Source: an uncultured Chloroflexia bacterium (GTDB lineage: Bacteria > Chloroflexota > Limnocylindria > Limnocylindrales > CSP1-4). From it: 64,000 nt of DNA. Positions 1-9,545 of the stretch are shown here, piece by piece; position 1 is the first letter of the stretch, and the number at the start of each line of letters is the position of its first letter. The position numbers were made by a program, and so were the translations under genes. The notes below the pieces were generated by a model, which made no database searches, was not told the origin of the DNA, and worked only from the letters and a program-made list of their open reading frames with translations. The stretch lies in NCBI GenBank assembly GCA_963719145.1, contig CAVRAX010000001.1:1017729-1081728 (forward strand), read 5' to 3'.

Positions 1-1197
1 GGACAGGGGATCGCCGTGGACGAGGAAGAAGTCGGCCGGTCCGCCCTCCGCGATGGCGCCCGCTCCCGGCTCGCCGATGAGCTCACCGCCGCGCCAGGTC
101 GCGGCCGCCAGCGCCTCCCACGGCTCGAGGCCGGCCCCGACGAGCGCCTCTACCTCCCAGGCCAGCTGGTTGGCCCGGAGCGAGCCGCCTCCGAAGTCCG
201 TGCCGGTCGCGATTCGCACGCCGGCCGTGCGGGCGAGGGCGACGCTCGCCTCGGCCCGCTCGCGGCGAGCCGCGATGGCCACCCGCCCCGCATCGGCGGC
301 GAACCGCGCCAGGCTCGTCGTCGAGCCGAACGTCGCCCACGAGCGCATCACCGCGAGGGTGGAGACGAGGAAGGTGCCGCGGCGGGCCATCTCGGCGGCG
401 ACGTCACCGTCCAGGTCGAATCCATGCTCGATCGAATCGACGCCGCCCTCGACGGCGGCGACCGCCCCGTTCAGGCGGCCGGAGTGGGCAGTCACCGGCA
501 CGCCCCTGCCGTGGGCTGCCTCGACGACCCGGGCGACCTCGGCTGCCGACCACGGCGACGTCTCGGCGTCGGGCCCGTCCATGTACAGCTTCAGGAGATC
601 GACCCCGTCGTCGAGCTGGCCGATCGCGTTGGCGAGCAGCTCGTCCGCCGTCGCCGCCCCCACAGTGTGGGCAGCCTGGGGCAGGGTCCCCGCCCGATCG
701 AGCCAGGTCCCCGCGCAGCGAAGATAGGGGTGGTCGGAAAGCCCGGCCCAGCGCTCGCGAAGGCCGAGGCTGAGGGCCCGCATCCGTCCGTCGACGGGAT
801 CGACCAGTCGCGGCGCGCCGACGTCACGCGCCCAGCGGACCCCGGCCCGGGTGAGGAGCCGGGCGTTGCGCTCGGCGACACCGAGGAGTGCCTCCGGGGG
901 ATCGTCGATCCGCTCGATCCAGTGGGCGCCTCCCGGCAGCGTCACGTGGCTGTGGCCGTCGACCATGCCCGGGACGAAGGTGGCGCCCGACGCGTCGACG
1001 ATCTCGAGCCCGGACCGGGCGCCCGCCTTCCCTTCATCGTCTGACGGTCGGATCCAGCTGATCCGACCCTCCTCGACGAGGATGCTGACGCCGATCTGCA
1101 GGCGATCCGAACGGGCGTCGGCCAGCGCCCCGTCGCGGTAGATCGTCCGGCTCGCCGGCCTGCCCGGCGCGTCCCCGCTGGCCCGGCGCCCGGTCAC
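1..1197 (-). CDS. Amidohydrolase superfamily metal-dependent hydrolase (runs off window edge)
   Basis: Hand translation of the minus strand gives ...EIVDASGATFVPGMVDGHSHVTL..., the PG-x-x-D-x-H-x-H metal-binding motif. GTG start overlaps the upstream stop (GTGA). Absent from the ORF track because the stop lies outside the window. Confidence 0.85.
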   Translation of the reverse strand, partial: MTGRRASGDAPGRPASRTIYRDGALADARSDRLQIGVSILVEEGRISWIRPSDDEGKAGARSGLEIVDASGATFVPGMVDGHSHVTLPGGAHWIERIDDPPEALLGVAERNARLLTRAGVRWARDVGAPRLVDPVDGRMRALSLGLRERWAGLSDHPYLRCAGTWLDRAGTLPQAAHTVGAATADELLANAIGQLDDGVDLLKLYMDGPDAETSPWSAAEVARVVEAAHGRGVPVTAHSGRLNGAVAAVEGGVDSIEHGFDLDGDVAAEMARRGTFLVSTLAVMRSWATFGSTTSLARFAADAGRVAIAARRERAEASVALARTAGVRIATGTDFGGGSLRANQLAWEVEALVGAGLEPWEALAAATWRGGELIGEPGAGAIAEGGPADFFLVHGDPLS

Positions 1198-1574
1198 TGG
1201 ACGACGACCGTCCCGGTCATCGTCGGGTGGACCTCGCAGATGAAGTAGTACGTCCCCTTCGGAATCGGGCCCGCGGTCAGCACGATCGTCCGGGCCGAGA
1301 CGGGGTCGAAGCGGAAGATGACGTCGCCGTCGTACCCGGGCTTCGTCCGGATCGCGATGTTGTGCTGGTCGCCGTCCTTGTTGACGAAGACGAGCGGGAA
1401 TTCCCTGTCCGCAGGGAGGACGAGCTGGGACGTGTCGAACGTCCGGTTCTGGGCGCTGACGACGATCGCCCCGGGCGGATAGGTGGGTTCGGGCGTTGCG
1501 GCCCCGCCGCAGGCGCCGAGGGCGGCGATCGCGACCACGAGAGCGACCGTGGCTGCGAGCCGGCGGGCGGTCAT
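1194..1574 (-). CDS. Cupredoxin-domain lipoprotein
   Basis: Lipobox-like LGAC after a hydrophobic signal; type-1 copper ligands HN...CEVHPTM. Confidence 0.85.
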   Translation of the reverse strand: MTARRLAATVALVVAIAALGACGGAATPEPTYPPGAIVVSAQNRTFDTSQLVLPADREFPLVFVNKDGDQHNIAIRTKPGYDGDVIFRFDPVSARTIVLTAGPIPKGTYYFICEVHPTMTGTVVVQ

Positions 1575-1735
1575 GCGAGCGACCGACGGGCGGATGAGGG
1601 CAGGGAGGTCGGAGACGGGTGGCACGGGCGAACTGGTCTCCTTTTGGCGGGCCGTTTGGGGCTGGGGATTGCGAGGGCGCGCATCGCATCCTACCGTGGT
1701 CCGGAGCGATCGCAGCGAGGAGGGCGGGAGGCACG

Positions 1736-2287
1736 ATGGAGACACGACGCACGGAGCAACGCGGCATGCTGATCCTCGGCGCGCTGTTGCTCGTGGTGGG
1801 CGTCCTGGCCCTCGCCGGCCGGGGGCTCGGGATCAACGCGTTCGAGGTCGGCTGGCCGCTCTTCGTGATCGTGCCCGGCCTGCTGCTCCTGGCGTTGGCG
1901 ACCGGGATCGGCGGCCCGGGCGGCGCGGTCCTCGCCGCACCCGCCGGGATCGTGACCATGACCGGGGTCGTCCTCGCCGTCCAGGCCGCGACGGGGCTGT
2001 GGGCGACGTGGGCCTACGCCTGGGCGCTCGTGGCACCGGGCGGCGTCGGGGTCGGCCTGCTCGCCTACGGGGTCCTCACCGGCCAGCGCGAGCTCGTCCG
2101 GGCCGGGCTGCCGCTCCTGGGGGTGGGCCTCGGCCTGTTCCTCGCCTTCGGGATCTTCTTCGAGGGCGTGCTCGGGCTGAATGGAACGGCGATCGTCGGC
2201 GCCGAGACGCTGCTCGCCGGCGGCCTGGTCATCCTGGGCCTGATCATCCTGTTCGGCGGCCTCGTCGGACGGCGACCTGCGGGCTGA
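1736..2287 (+). CDS. Integral membrane protein (LiaI/LiaF-like TM repeats)
   Basis: About 6 hydrophobic segments, WPLFVIVPG motif, GGAGG RBS before ATG. Confidence 0.7.
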   Translation: METRRTEQRGMLILGALLLVVGVLALAGRGLGINAFEVGWPLFVIVPGLLLLALATGIGGPGGAVLAAPAGIVTMTGVVLAVQAATGLWATWAYAWALVAPGGVGVGLLAYGVLTGQRELVRAGLPLLGVGLGLFLAFGIFFEGVLGLNGTAIVGAETLLAGGLVILGLIILFGGLVGRRPAG

Positions 2288-2327
2288 ACGGCCGGTGCCG
2301 ACGGGCTGCGCCGGTGCCTGACCAGGC

Positions 2328-3587
2328 TCAGCGGATCTCGACCACGCGATAGCGGACGGGACCCCGCGGCGTCCGGACCTCGACCTCGGCACCGGCGGTC
2401 GATCCGACGAGCGCGCCCCCGACGGGGGAGGAGACGCTGATCCGGCCGCTCGCCGGATCCGACTCCGTCGACCCGACGAGCGTGTAGGTGAGCGTCTCGC
2501 CGTCGTGCTCGACGACGACCGTCGAGCCGATGCGGGCCCGATCACCGCCTGATTCCTCGATGAGGACGGCGTTCCGGAGCCGCTCCTCGAGCAGCCGGAC
2601 CCGACCCTCGAGGAACGACTGCTCCTCGCGCGCCGCCTGGTACTCGGCGTTCTCCCGGAGGTCGCCGAGCTCCCGGGCGGCCTTGATCCGGGCGACGACG
2701 TCCGGCCGGCGAACGCGGGTCAGCTCGTCGAGCTCCGCGGTGAGACGCTCGAGGGCCTCCGCCGTCAGGGGCACCGGCTCTGGCCGGGCGGACGGCGGGA
2801 CGAGCGCCGTCGTCGCCCTCCGAGCCCGCGGCGCCGCGGTCGGACCCGCCGATCCCGGCCGCGCCGACTTCGGCGCTCGCGGGGTCGGCGAGCGGCGAAC
2901 AGTTCCCGTTCCCAGGGTCTCGACCCGAGCCCCGTCGGCGTCGCCGGCCGCGACCTCGACGACGTGGGTTGGCGGGGCGGGCGGCCCGGCCTCGTCCGGG
3001 CGGAGCGCGCCGGTGAGCCCGTGGACCTGGCGCTCGCCCGTGGGACGACGGAGGTTGGCCCACGGAAGCGGCAGGGCGCCCGCGGGCCGGTCCGCGGGCA
3101 GTGGCGGCCCGATCGTCGCGCCGAACGCCTCGAGCAGCCCGTCGAGGTATTCCTCCGGCGCGTCCGTCTCGGCGAACCAGATCCGTGTCCGCTCGATCCC
3201 GCGCAGGAGATGGAGCCAGTGGCCGTCGGGATGCGGGCGCCGGTCGCCGAGGACGTGGTGAGCGAGGGCGAGAACGCGGCCGCCGAGGCTGCCCCTGGTC
3301 GCGCCGGCGTAGACGACCGTCGCCCCCGGCAGCCAGAGCGATGCGAGCCTGGCAACGAGCGACTTCGAGGTCGGACGCTCCCCGTCGAGCCTCAGGCCGG
3401 GCAGGGTCTCGATCCATTTGCCGACGCGAATCAGCTCGATCGGCGCCGTCGACACCGGCTGGGCAAGCTCGACGACATAGATCCCCGGGGCCCGGGTCGT
3501 CAGCGGGCGACCCCAGAGCGCGGGGCCGTCGGGCCGCAGCCCGATCTCCCGGAACAGGTCGGCGGCGGTCGGGACCCCGTCTGCCAA
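2328..3587 (-). CDS. greA: GreA elongation factor fused to an N-terminal GIY-YIG-like domain
   Basis: C-terminal ~150 aa has ARELGDLRENAEY and ISVSSPVGGAL. N-terminal ~200 aa has PGIYVV...VYAGAT..SLGGRV...LPWAN. AGGAGG RBS before TTG at 3587. Confidence 0.9.
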   Translation of the reverse strand: MADGVPTAADLFREIGLRPDGPALWGRPLTTRAPGIYVVELAQPVSTAPIELIRVGKWIETLPGLRLDGERPTSKSLVARLASLWLPGATVVYAGATRGSLGGRVLALAHHVLGDRRPHPDGHWLHLLRGIERTRIWFAETDAPEEYLDGLLEAFGATIGPPLPADRPAGALPLPWANLRRPTGERQVHGLTGALRPDEAGPPAPPTHVVEVAAGDADGARVETLGTGTVRRSPTPRAPKSARPGSAGPTAAPRARRATTALVPPSARPEPVPLTAEALERLTAELDELTRVRRPDVVARIKAARELGDLRENAEYQAAREEQSFLEGRVRLLEERLRNAVLIEESGGDRARIGSTVVVEHDGETLTYTLVGSTESDPASGRISVSSPVGGALVGSTAGAEVEVRTPRGPVRYRVVEIR

Positions 3588-3683
3588 AGGCGTGCCTCCT
3601 CGATCCAGCCCGCCCACGGGTCACGCGACGGGTCGCGGTATCGTCGCATCATCGTTGCCGTTCGTCGCGAGGGTCGTCCAGCC

Positions 3684-5015
3684 ATGCGCCGCCTTCCGCT
3701 CGCCCTCGCCGCCGCCGCCGGCTCGATCGCGATCGCCTCGATCGTCGTCGCCGGCGGTCTCCTCGACGCGGCGCCGGCCGCCTCGCCGGGCGCTGCGGCC
3801 CGGGCCTCGGTCCCGGCGGCCACCGACGGGACCGCGGCACAGAGCGTCAGCCCGACCCCCACGCCGGCGTCGACGCCCGCTCGTCCCGCCAGCACCCCGT
3901 ACATCGCCAGGGGGGCCGACCGCCCAGGCGTCGCGGAAGCACTGCAGGCGGCCCTGGAGGCGGGTCGCGTGGCCCTCGCGGCGCCGGGCATCCAGGCCAG
4001 CGTGATCTTCCCCGACGGGCACCAGTGGACCGGCGTGGCGGGCGTCGCCGACCTGGCGACGGGGCGCCCGCTCACGCCCGACACGCCGTTCGCGATCGCC
4101 TCCGCCAGCAAGACCTTCCTGGCGACCGAGATCCTCCTCCTGGTGGATGAGGGGCGGCTGGCCCTCGACGATTCCGCGGCCGGCGACCTCCCGACGACGC
4201 TCGTGGGCGGCAAGGCGATCGACCCACGGATCACCATCCGGATGCTCCTCGATCACACGAGCGGGCTCGGTGACTACCTGGTCAGCCCGGCCCTCGACAA
4301 GGCCGTCCAGGCCGATCCGCGGGCGGTCTGGACGCCCGATCAGGCGCTCGCCTACGCCCGGCCACCGGTCGCCCCGCCGGGCAGGGGCTATCACTACGCG
4401 AACACCAACTACGTCCTCCTCGGTCTCATCGCCGAGCGGCTGACCGGGCGAACCCTGGCCGAGGAGTACCGGGCCCGATTCTTCGATCGGCTCGGACTCG
4501 CGAGCGCCAGCTACCAGGGGGCCGAGCCGCCGAAGGCGGAGCTCCCGACGGCCTACCGCTACAGCTCGACCCGGCTCAGCGCCAAGCCGACGGACGTGAC
4601 CGACGGGACCTCCATCCGGCCCTTCACCGCGATCACGACGGCCGCCGGCGCCGCGGGCTCGATCGCCATCAGCGCCCGCGACCTTGCCCACTGGGCCCGC
4701 GCGCTCTACGACGGCTACGTCCTGCCGCCGGACATGCTGGCCCTGATGCTCGCCGACGCCGCAGCCACCGAGACACTCGACCCGCCCTACCCGTACGGCC
4801 TGGGCGTTCAGGTCTACACGATCGACGATCGGGTCAGCTTCGGTCATTCGGGCCGCCTCGTCGGGGCTCGCAGCGTGGTCCGCTGGTTCCCCGAGGACGG
4901 GATCGGGATCGCCGTCGTCACGAACGAGAGCCGGTATGACGTGACGACGGTCGTCAGGCACCTCCTGGCGATCGCGGCCCCGCACGGGACCGGGCGGCCG
5001 GACCGGCCGATCTGA
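3684..5015 (+). CDS. Secreted serine hydrolase (beta-lactamase class C / D-Ala-D-Ala carboxypeptidase family)
   Basis: SxxK (ASASK), YxN (YANTNY), LLDHTSG and GHSG motifs; signal peptide and Pro/Thr linker. Confidence 0.88.
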   Translation: MRRLPLALAAAAGSIAIASIVVAGGLLDAAPAASPGAAARASVPAATDGTAAQSVSPTPTPASTPARPASTPYIARGADRPGVAEALQAALEAGRVALAAPGIQASVIFPDGHQWTGVAGVADLATGRPLTPDTPFAIASASKTFLATEILLLVDEGRLALDDSAAGDLPTTLVGGKAIDPRITIRMLLDHTSGLGDYLVSPALDKAVQADPRAVWTPDQALAYARPPVAPPGRGYHYANTNYVLLGLIAERLTGRTLAEEYRARFFDRLGLASASYQGAEPPKAELPTAYRYSSTRLSAKPTDVTDGTSIRPFTAITTAAGAAGSIAISARDLAHWARALYDGYVLPPDMLALMLADAAATETLDPPYPYGLGVQVYTIDDRVSFGHSGRLVGARSVVRWFPEDGIGIAVVTNESRYDVTTVVRHLLAIAAPHGTGRPDRPI

Positions 5016-5155
5016 TCGCATCGCCGGAGCGCGGTGCGGCCCGGAACCGGATTCGGCGCTCGCGGTACCACTGCCGGCCCGGGGCCGGTACCGATGGGGC
5101 TGTCGCACGCGCGCGGATGGAGGGATCCTGCCTTGATATCGCTGGGGGGCCAACC

Positions 5156-5668
5156 ATGCAGCAGATCGAGGCCTTCACCGCCGGGGGAATTGCGAGCGGA
5201 GCGTGCGCGGAGGCATGGACGGTCCGCGACGGCCTCGAGGCGGAGCAGCCGATCGACGTCGACAAGGCGACCTGGTATCCGATCGCCGGTGGCGCCGCCG
5301 AGCGCCGCCGCCGGATCCACGTCGAGTCGGACGACCTGCTCGTCCTCTGCGCCGAGACGCAGGATCTCCCGATCCACGCCTCGTGGCATCCGGTCGAGCT
5401 GGACCTCGGGCCCTACCGCATCACCGGTGAGCTGCCGACGCTGCCCGGATTCGACCCGGGTCGCGCCCTCGCCCGGCCCGGCGGCCCGTTCATCCTGCTG
5501 CGTGACGTGGTCGTCGAGCTGGCCGCCCGGCCCGATGCGGGCCGGGTCGAGCGGCCGCACGCCTTCGTCAACCGGTATGCCGTCGATCGGGTGGCGGCGG
5601 GCATCGACCTCGGCTTCTTCTTCCCGGGCGCCAGGTTCCTGACCCCGGCCGGCGCTCCGCTCGCCTGA
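5156..5668 (+). CDS. Hypothetical protein
   Basis: Globular-looking ORF with coding-type composition (GPYRITGEL...AFVNR). Confidence 0.65.
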   Translation: MQQIEAFTAGGIASGACAEAWTVRDGLEAEQPIDVDKATWYPIAGGAAERRRRIHVESDDLLVLCAETQDLPIHASWHPVELDLGPYRITGELPTLPGFDPGRALARPGGPFILLRDVVVELAARPDAGRVERPHAFVNRYAVDRVAAGIDLGFFFPGARFLTPAGAPLA

Positions 5669-5802
5669 CGCCCGGCAGCCGTCCCTCGCCCGTCGAGTCA
5701 TCGATCCCTGACCTGACGCGCCTGTCTCCGACGCGGCTCCCCGCGCTCGCGAGGGCACGACTCCGCAGCGCGGCCTTGTCCGAGCCCGGGTCACGGCGTA
5801 TT

Positions 5803-5820
5803 TTCAACCCGATGGTTGAA
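5803..5820. promoter_or_regulatory. Palindromic operator TTCAACC-N4-GGTTGAA overlapping the ArsR start codon
   Basis: AT-rich inverted repeat over ATG 5812; same CAACC-N4-GGTTG core as 54351-54370. Confidence 0.75.
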
Positions 5821-6147
5821 TATTCGAGTCGTGGATTGGATGCGACCTACCGGGCCCTGGCCCATCCGGTTCGTCGGGGCATGGTCGAGCGCCTCCGCGG
5901 CGGGGACGCCGGCGTCACCGGCCTGGCGGCGGGCTTCGGGATCTCGCTCGCCGCGGCCTCGAAGCACATCAAGGTCCTCGAAGCCGCAGGCCTCGTCCGC
6001 CGGACAATCTCCGGTCGCGAGCACCACCTGGCGCTCGACGTCGAGCCGCTCTCGGAGGCGGCCGCCTGGATCGCGCGGTCGACGGGCTTCTGGGCGGGAC
6101 GGCTGGATGCGCTCGAGGCGGTCCTGCGGGATCGGGACTCGTCGTGA
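5812..6147 (+). CDS. ArsR/SmtB family regulator
   Basis: ALAHPVRR...SKHIKVLEAAGLV...GR wHTH; FW..RLDAL tail typical of SRPBCC-linked ArsR. Confidence 0.9.
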   Translation: MVEYSSRGLDATYRALAHPVRRGMVERLRGGDAGVTGLAAGFGISLAAASKHIKVLEAAGLVRRTISGREHHLALDVEPLSEAAAWIARSTGFWAGRLDALEAVLRDRDSS

Positions 6148-6617
6148 CCGAGCCCGGCGCGGACGGCGCGACGGTCGCCCGGATCGAGCGGCTCCTCCAG
6201 GCGCCGCCGGAGGTCGTCTATCGGGCCTGGACCGACCCGCTGATCCTGGGCCGCTGGATGTCGGCGTTCGGACGGGCCGAGGTCGCCGCGGACGTCCGCG
6301 TCGGTGGCCGGCTCCATGTCGCCATGGTCGACGACGACGCCCGGATCGAGCATGAAGGCGAGTTCCTCGTGCTCGATCCGCCGAGCCGTCTCTCGTTCAC
6401 CTGGCGCTCGCCGTACACGGGGCCGGAACCGAGCGTGGTGACCGTCGAGCTCACCCCGCGCGGGGCGGGGACCCGGTTGGTCCTCACCCATGAACGCCTG
6501 CCCGGCGAGGTCGTGGCGTCGCACCAGGGTGGCTGGGGTCGGATGGTCGATCGGCTGACAGACCTGCTCGGCGCTGGGGCCGGGCCGGCGGCGGCAGCGG
6601 AGGAGGTGGCCCGATGA
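6144..6617 (+). CDS. SRPBCC/AHSA1-like (START) domain protein
   Basis: APPEVVYRAWTDP...RLSFTW...HQGGW. Confidence 0.88.
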   Translation: MTEPGADGATVARIERLLQAPPEVVYRAWTDPLILGRWMSAFGRAEVAADVRVGGRLHVAMVDDDARIEHEGEFLVLDPPSRLSFTWRSPYTGPEPSVVTVELTPRGAGTRLVLTHERLPGEVVASHQGGWGRMVDRLTDLLGAGAGPAAAAEEVAR

Positions 6618-7069
6618 GCAGCGTCGACATCGAGACGGAGGTCGTCATCGATCGCCCGCGGGCCGAGGTCGCGGCGTTCGCCGCCGACCCCGACAACGTG
6701 ACCCGCTGGTACAGCAACATCAAGTCGGTCGAGTGGCGGACGCCACCGCCGGCGGCGGTCGGCTCGCGGATCGCCTTTGTGGCCCGCTTCCTCGGGCGGA
6801 CCCTGGCCTACGTCTACGAGGTCCGCGACGTCGTTCCCGGCGAGCGATTCGTGATGAGCACCGCCGACGGCCCCTTCGCCATGGAGACGACGTACACCTG
6901 GCGGGACGAGCCCGGCGGGGCAACGCGGATGACCCTCCGCAACCGCGGCGAACCGTCCGGGTTCTCGGCCGTCGCCGCGCCGCTCATGGCCGGCGCGATG
7001 CGCCGGGCGAACCGGCAGGACCTGGCTCGGCTGAAGACCCTCCTGGAGGCCTCCGCCCCCGGATCCTGA
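6614..7069 (+). CDS. SRPBCC (polyketide cyclase/dehydrase-like) protein
   Basis: IDRPRAEVAAFAADPDN..RWY...DLARLKTLLE; ATGA coupling. Confidence 0.85.
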   Translation: MSSVDIETEVVIDRPRAEVAAFAADPDNVTRWYSNIKSVEWRTPPPAAVGSRIAFVARFLGRTLAYVYEVRDVVPGERFVMSTADGPFAMETTYTWRDEPGGATRMTLRNRGEPSGFSAVAAPLMAGAMRRANRQDLARLKTLLEASAPGS

Positions 7070-7114
7070 GCTGGGGCGGGCGGCGCGCGGGAGGCGTCGC
7101 CGCCGGCGACGCGA

Positions 7115-8374
7115 TCAGCGCCGCGAGCCGCTCCGGGATCGCGACCTGCCCGGGCTTCGGTGAGCGTAGTGGTGGGTCCGCACCGGTCGGGCCGCGAGGG
7201 GCCCGCGGAGCGGCTGCGGCTCGGCGTTTCGATCCGGCACGAAGCCCTCCTCGACGGTCCACGGGATCGCCTGTTTCAGGAGGCGCTGGACGCCCCGGAG
7301 GAGGTCGGCCTCGTCGATCGAGACGAGGCTCACCGCGTCCCCGGTGGCGCCGGCCCGCCCGGTCCGGCCGATCCGGTGGATGTAGTCCATCGGCTCCCAC
7401 GGCAGCTCGAAGTTCACGACGTGGGGGAGATCCTCGATGTCGAGCCCGCGGGCGGCGACATCCGTCGCCACGAGGACCCGGATCTCGCCGCTCTTGAAGC
7501 TCTCGAGGGCGCGGGTCCGTTCCGGCTGGCTCCGATCGGAGTGGATCGCCACGGCCTCCAGGCCGCGCCGGTCCAGGTAGGTCGCGAGGCGTGATGCCCC
7601 GATCTTGGTCCTGGTGAAGACGAGGACCTGGCGCCAGTCGTGGCGGGCGACGAGGTGGGCCAGGAGCGCCTCCTTGCGGTCCCGGTCGACCGGGTAGACG
7701 AGCTGCCGTACGGTCTCGACGGCCGTGTTCCGTGGCGCGACCTCGACCGTTGCCGGGTTGCGGAGGATGGTCCCCGACAGGCGCCGGATGTCGTCCGAGA
7801 AGGTCGCCGAGAACATCAGGTTCTGGCGCCGGGGCGGGAGGAGGCCGATGATCCGCTGGATGTCCGGCAGGAAGCCCATGTCGAGCATCCGGTCCGCCTC
7901 GTCGAGGACGAGGATCTCGACCTGGCCCAGGTTGACGCCCTTCTGCCCGACGTGGTCGAGCAGTCGCCCCGGCGTCGCGACGAGGATCTCGATGCCGGCC
8001 CGAAGGGCCTTCGTCTGGGGCTCGATCGGGACCCCGCCGTAGACGACCGTCGAGCGGAGGGGGACCGTCCGGCCGTAGGTCCGGACGCTCTCGTCGACCT
8101 GCATCGCGAGCTCCCGCGTCGGGACGACGATGAGGACCCGGACCGGGTGGCGGGCCGGCGAGAAGGAGGTGTTCGCGTGGTGGCGGAGGCGATCCAGGAT
8201 CGGCAGGACGAACGCGGCCGTCTTGCCGGTCCCGGTCTGGGCGGCGGCGAGGACGTCGCGGCCGGTGAGGACGAGGGGGATCGCGACCGCCTGGACGGGC
8301 GTTGGCTCAACGTAGCCCTCGTCGGCCACCATGCCGACGAGATCAGCCGACAGGCCGAGCAATTCGAAGGTCAA
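7115..8374 (-). CDS. rhlE: DEAD-box RNA helicase, RhlE-like
   Basis: Q motif, [34 protein letters not shown]. Confidence 0.93.
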   Translation of the reverse strand: MTFELLGLSADLVGMVADEGYVEPTPVQAVAIPLVLTGRDVLAAAQTGTGKTAAFVLPILDRLRHHANTSFSPARHPVRVLIVVPTRELAMQVDESVRTYGRTVPLRSTVVYGGVPIEPQTKALRAGIEILVATPGRLLDHVGQKGVNLGQVEILVLDEADRMLDMGFLPDIQRIIGLLPPRRQNLMFSATFSDDIRRLSGTILRNPATVEVAPRNTAVETVRQLVYPVDRDRKEALLAHLVARHDWRQVLVFTRTKIGASRLATYLDRRGLEAVAIHSDRSQPERTRALESFKSGEIRVLVATDVAARGLDIEDLPHVVNFELPWEPMDYIHRIGRTGRAGATGDAVSLVSIDEADLLRGVQRLLKQAIPWTVEEGFVPDRNAEPQPLRGPLAARPVRTHHYAHRSPGRSRSRSGSRR

Positions 8375-8493
8375 ATTCACTCCAGGTTGTGAGCGGCCGC
8401 GGTCGCGCGCGACGGCGCTGCGACATTCCGCAGGCGTGCCGAGGATAGCCGATCGGCGCCGAACGGCCCCGCGCTCGCGCCTACGATGGCTCG

Positions 8494-9039
8494 GTGAGCG
8501 GGCGGACGACGAGGGCGACCGAGGCCCTGGCGAAGGCCGGGATCCCGCATCAGCTCCACGAGTACGAGCCTCCAGAGCGCCTCGGCGCCGCGCGCGACGC
8601 CCGGCCGGCATACGGTCGCGAGGCGGCCGCAGCGCTCGGGGTGGGGGAGGACCGGGTCTTCAAGACGCTGGTCGCCCGCGTCGACGGGCGGTTCGTCCTC
8701 GCCATCGTGCCGGTCGCCGGATCCCTGGACCTGAAGGCGCTTGCCGCTGCGGTCGGCGGCCGTCGCGCCGAGCTCGCCGCCTCCGTCGAGGCCGAGCGGG
8801 CGACGGGCTATGTCGTCGGCGGGATCAGCCCGTTCGGCGGCCGGCGCGCGTTGACGGCCGTCGTCGATGGCTCGGCCATGGACCACCCGACCGTCCTCGT
8901 CTCGGCCGGCCGCCGTGGGCTCCAGCTCGAGCTCAGGCCGAGCGATCTGGTTCGCGCCTGCGAGGCGCGGGTCGCCCCGATCTCCAGGCCGGGTCGTCCG
9001 GGGCGAGCTCTAAACAGCAAGACGACTTCCGAAAAGTGA
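8494..9039 (+). CDS. ybaK: Cys-tRNA(Pro) deacylase, YbaK/EbsC family
   Basis: VFKTLV, TGYVVGGISPFG, VSAGRRG motifs. Confidence 0.9.
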   Translation: MSGRTTRATEALAKAGIPHQLHEYEPPERLGAARDARPAYGREAAAALGVGEDRVFKTLVARVDGRFVLAIVPVAGSLDLKALAAAVGGRRAELAASVEAERATGYVVGGISPFGGRRALTAVVDGSAMDHPTVLVSAGRRGLQLELRPSDLVRACEARVAPISRPGRPGRALNSKTTSEK

Positions 9040-9048
9040 AAGACGATC

Positions 9049-9078
9049 TTGACAAAAGGAAAGTCATCATGCGATAGT
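9049..9078 (+). promoter_or_regulatory. Sigma70-type promoter of the DUF2089 operon with a TGAC-N9-GTCA inverted repeat
   Basis: TTGACA at 9049, TGn-GATAGT 18 nt later, in an AT-rich patch. Confidence 0.5.
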
Positions 9079-9122
9079 CTCGCCATTGACCTCACGCACC
9101 GCAGCCAAGGATCAGCCAGCGC

Positions 9123-9545
9123 ATGCCGCACGACGTCATCTCCACCTGCCCCGTCTGCTCCGGCGAGCTCGCGGTCACCCGCCTCCACTGCCGGAGCTGC
9201 GGGACGACGCTCGAAGGCGACTTCAGCGTCGGCCGCTTCGGCCACCTGACCCGCGAGCAGCTGGCTCTCCTCGAAAGCTTCCTCCGTGCCCGCGGCAACC
9301 TGCGCGACATGGAGCGCGAGCTCGGCATCTCCTACCCGACCGTCCGGTCGCGGCTGGAGGCGCTCGTCAGGGCCCTCGGCTTCGGCCCGCGGGACGAGGC
9401 GAGCGAGTCGGAGCCGGAGGCCGCGACCGACGCGGCGCCCAACCAGGCCAGCCGCCAGGACGTCCTGGAGCGCCTGGCCCGGCACGAGATCACAGCGGAC
9501 GACGCGGCGGACGCGATCCGCGCCCTCGGGAGGGATGCACGATGA
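9123..9545 (+). CDS. DUF2089 family zinc-ribbon/HTH protein with SHOCT-like tail
   Basis: CPVC...CRSC, RGNLRDMERELGISYPTVRSRL, VLERLARHEITADDA. Confidence 0.88.
   Translation: MPHDVISTCPVCSGELAVTRLHCRSCGTTLEGDFSVGRFGHLTREQLALLESFLRARGNLRDMERELGISYPTVRSRLEALVRALGFGPRDEASESEPEAATDAAPNQASRQDVLERLARHEITADDAADAIRALGRDAR

Noticed and set aside
16-1044. 342-aa plus-strand ORF
   Set aside because: Antisense shadow of the amidohydrolase gene.
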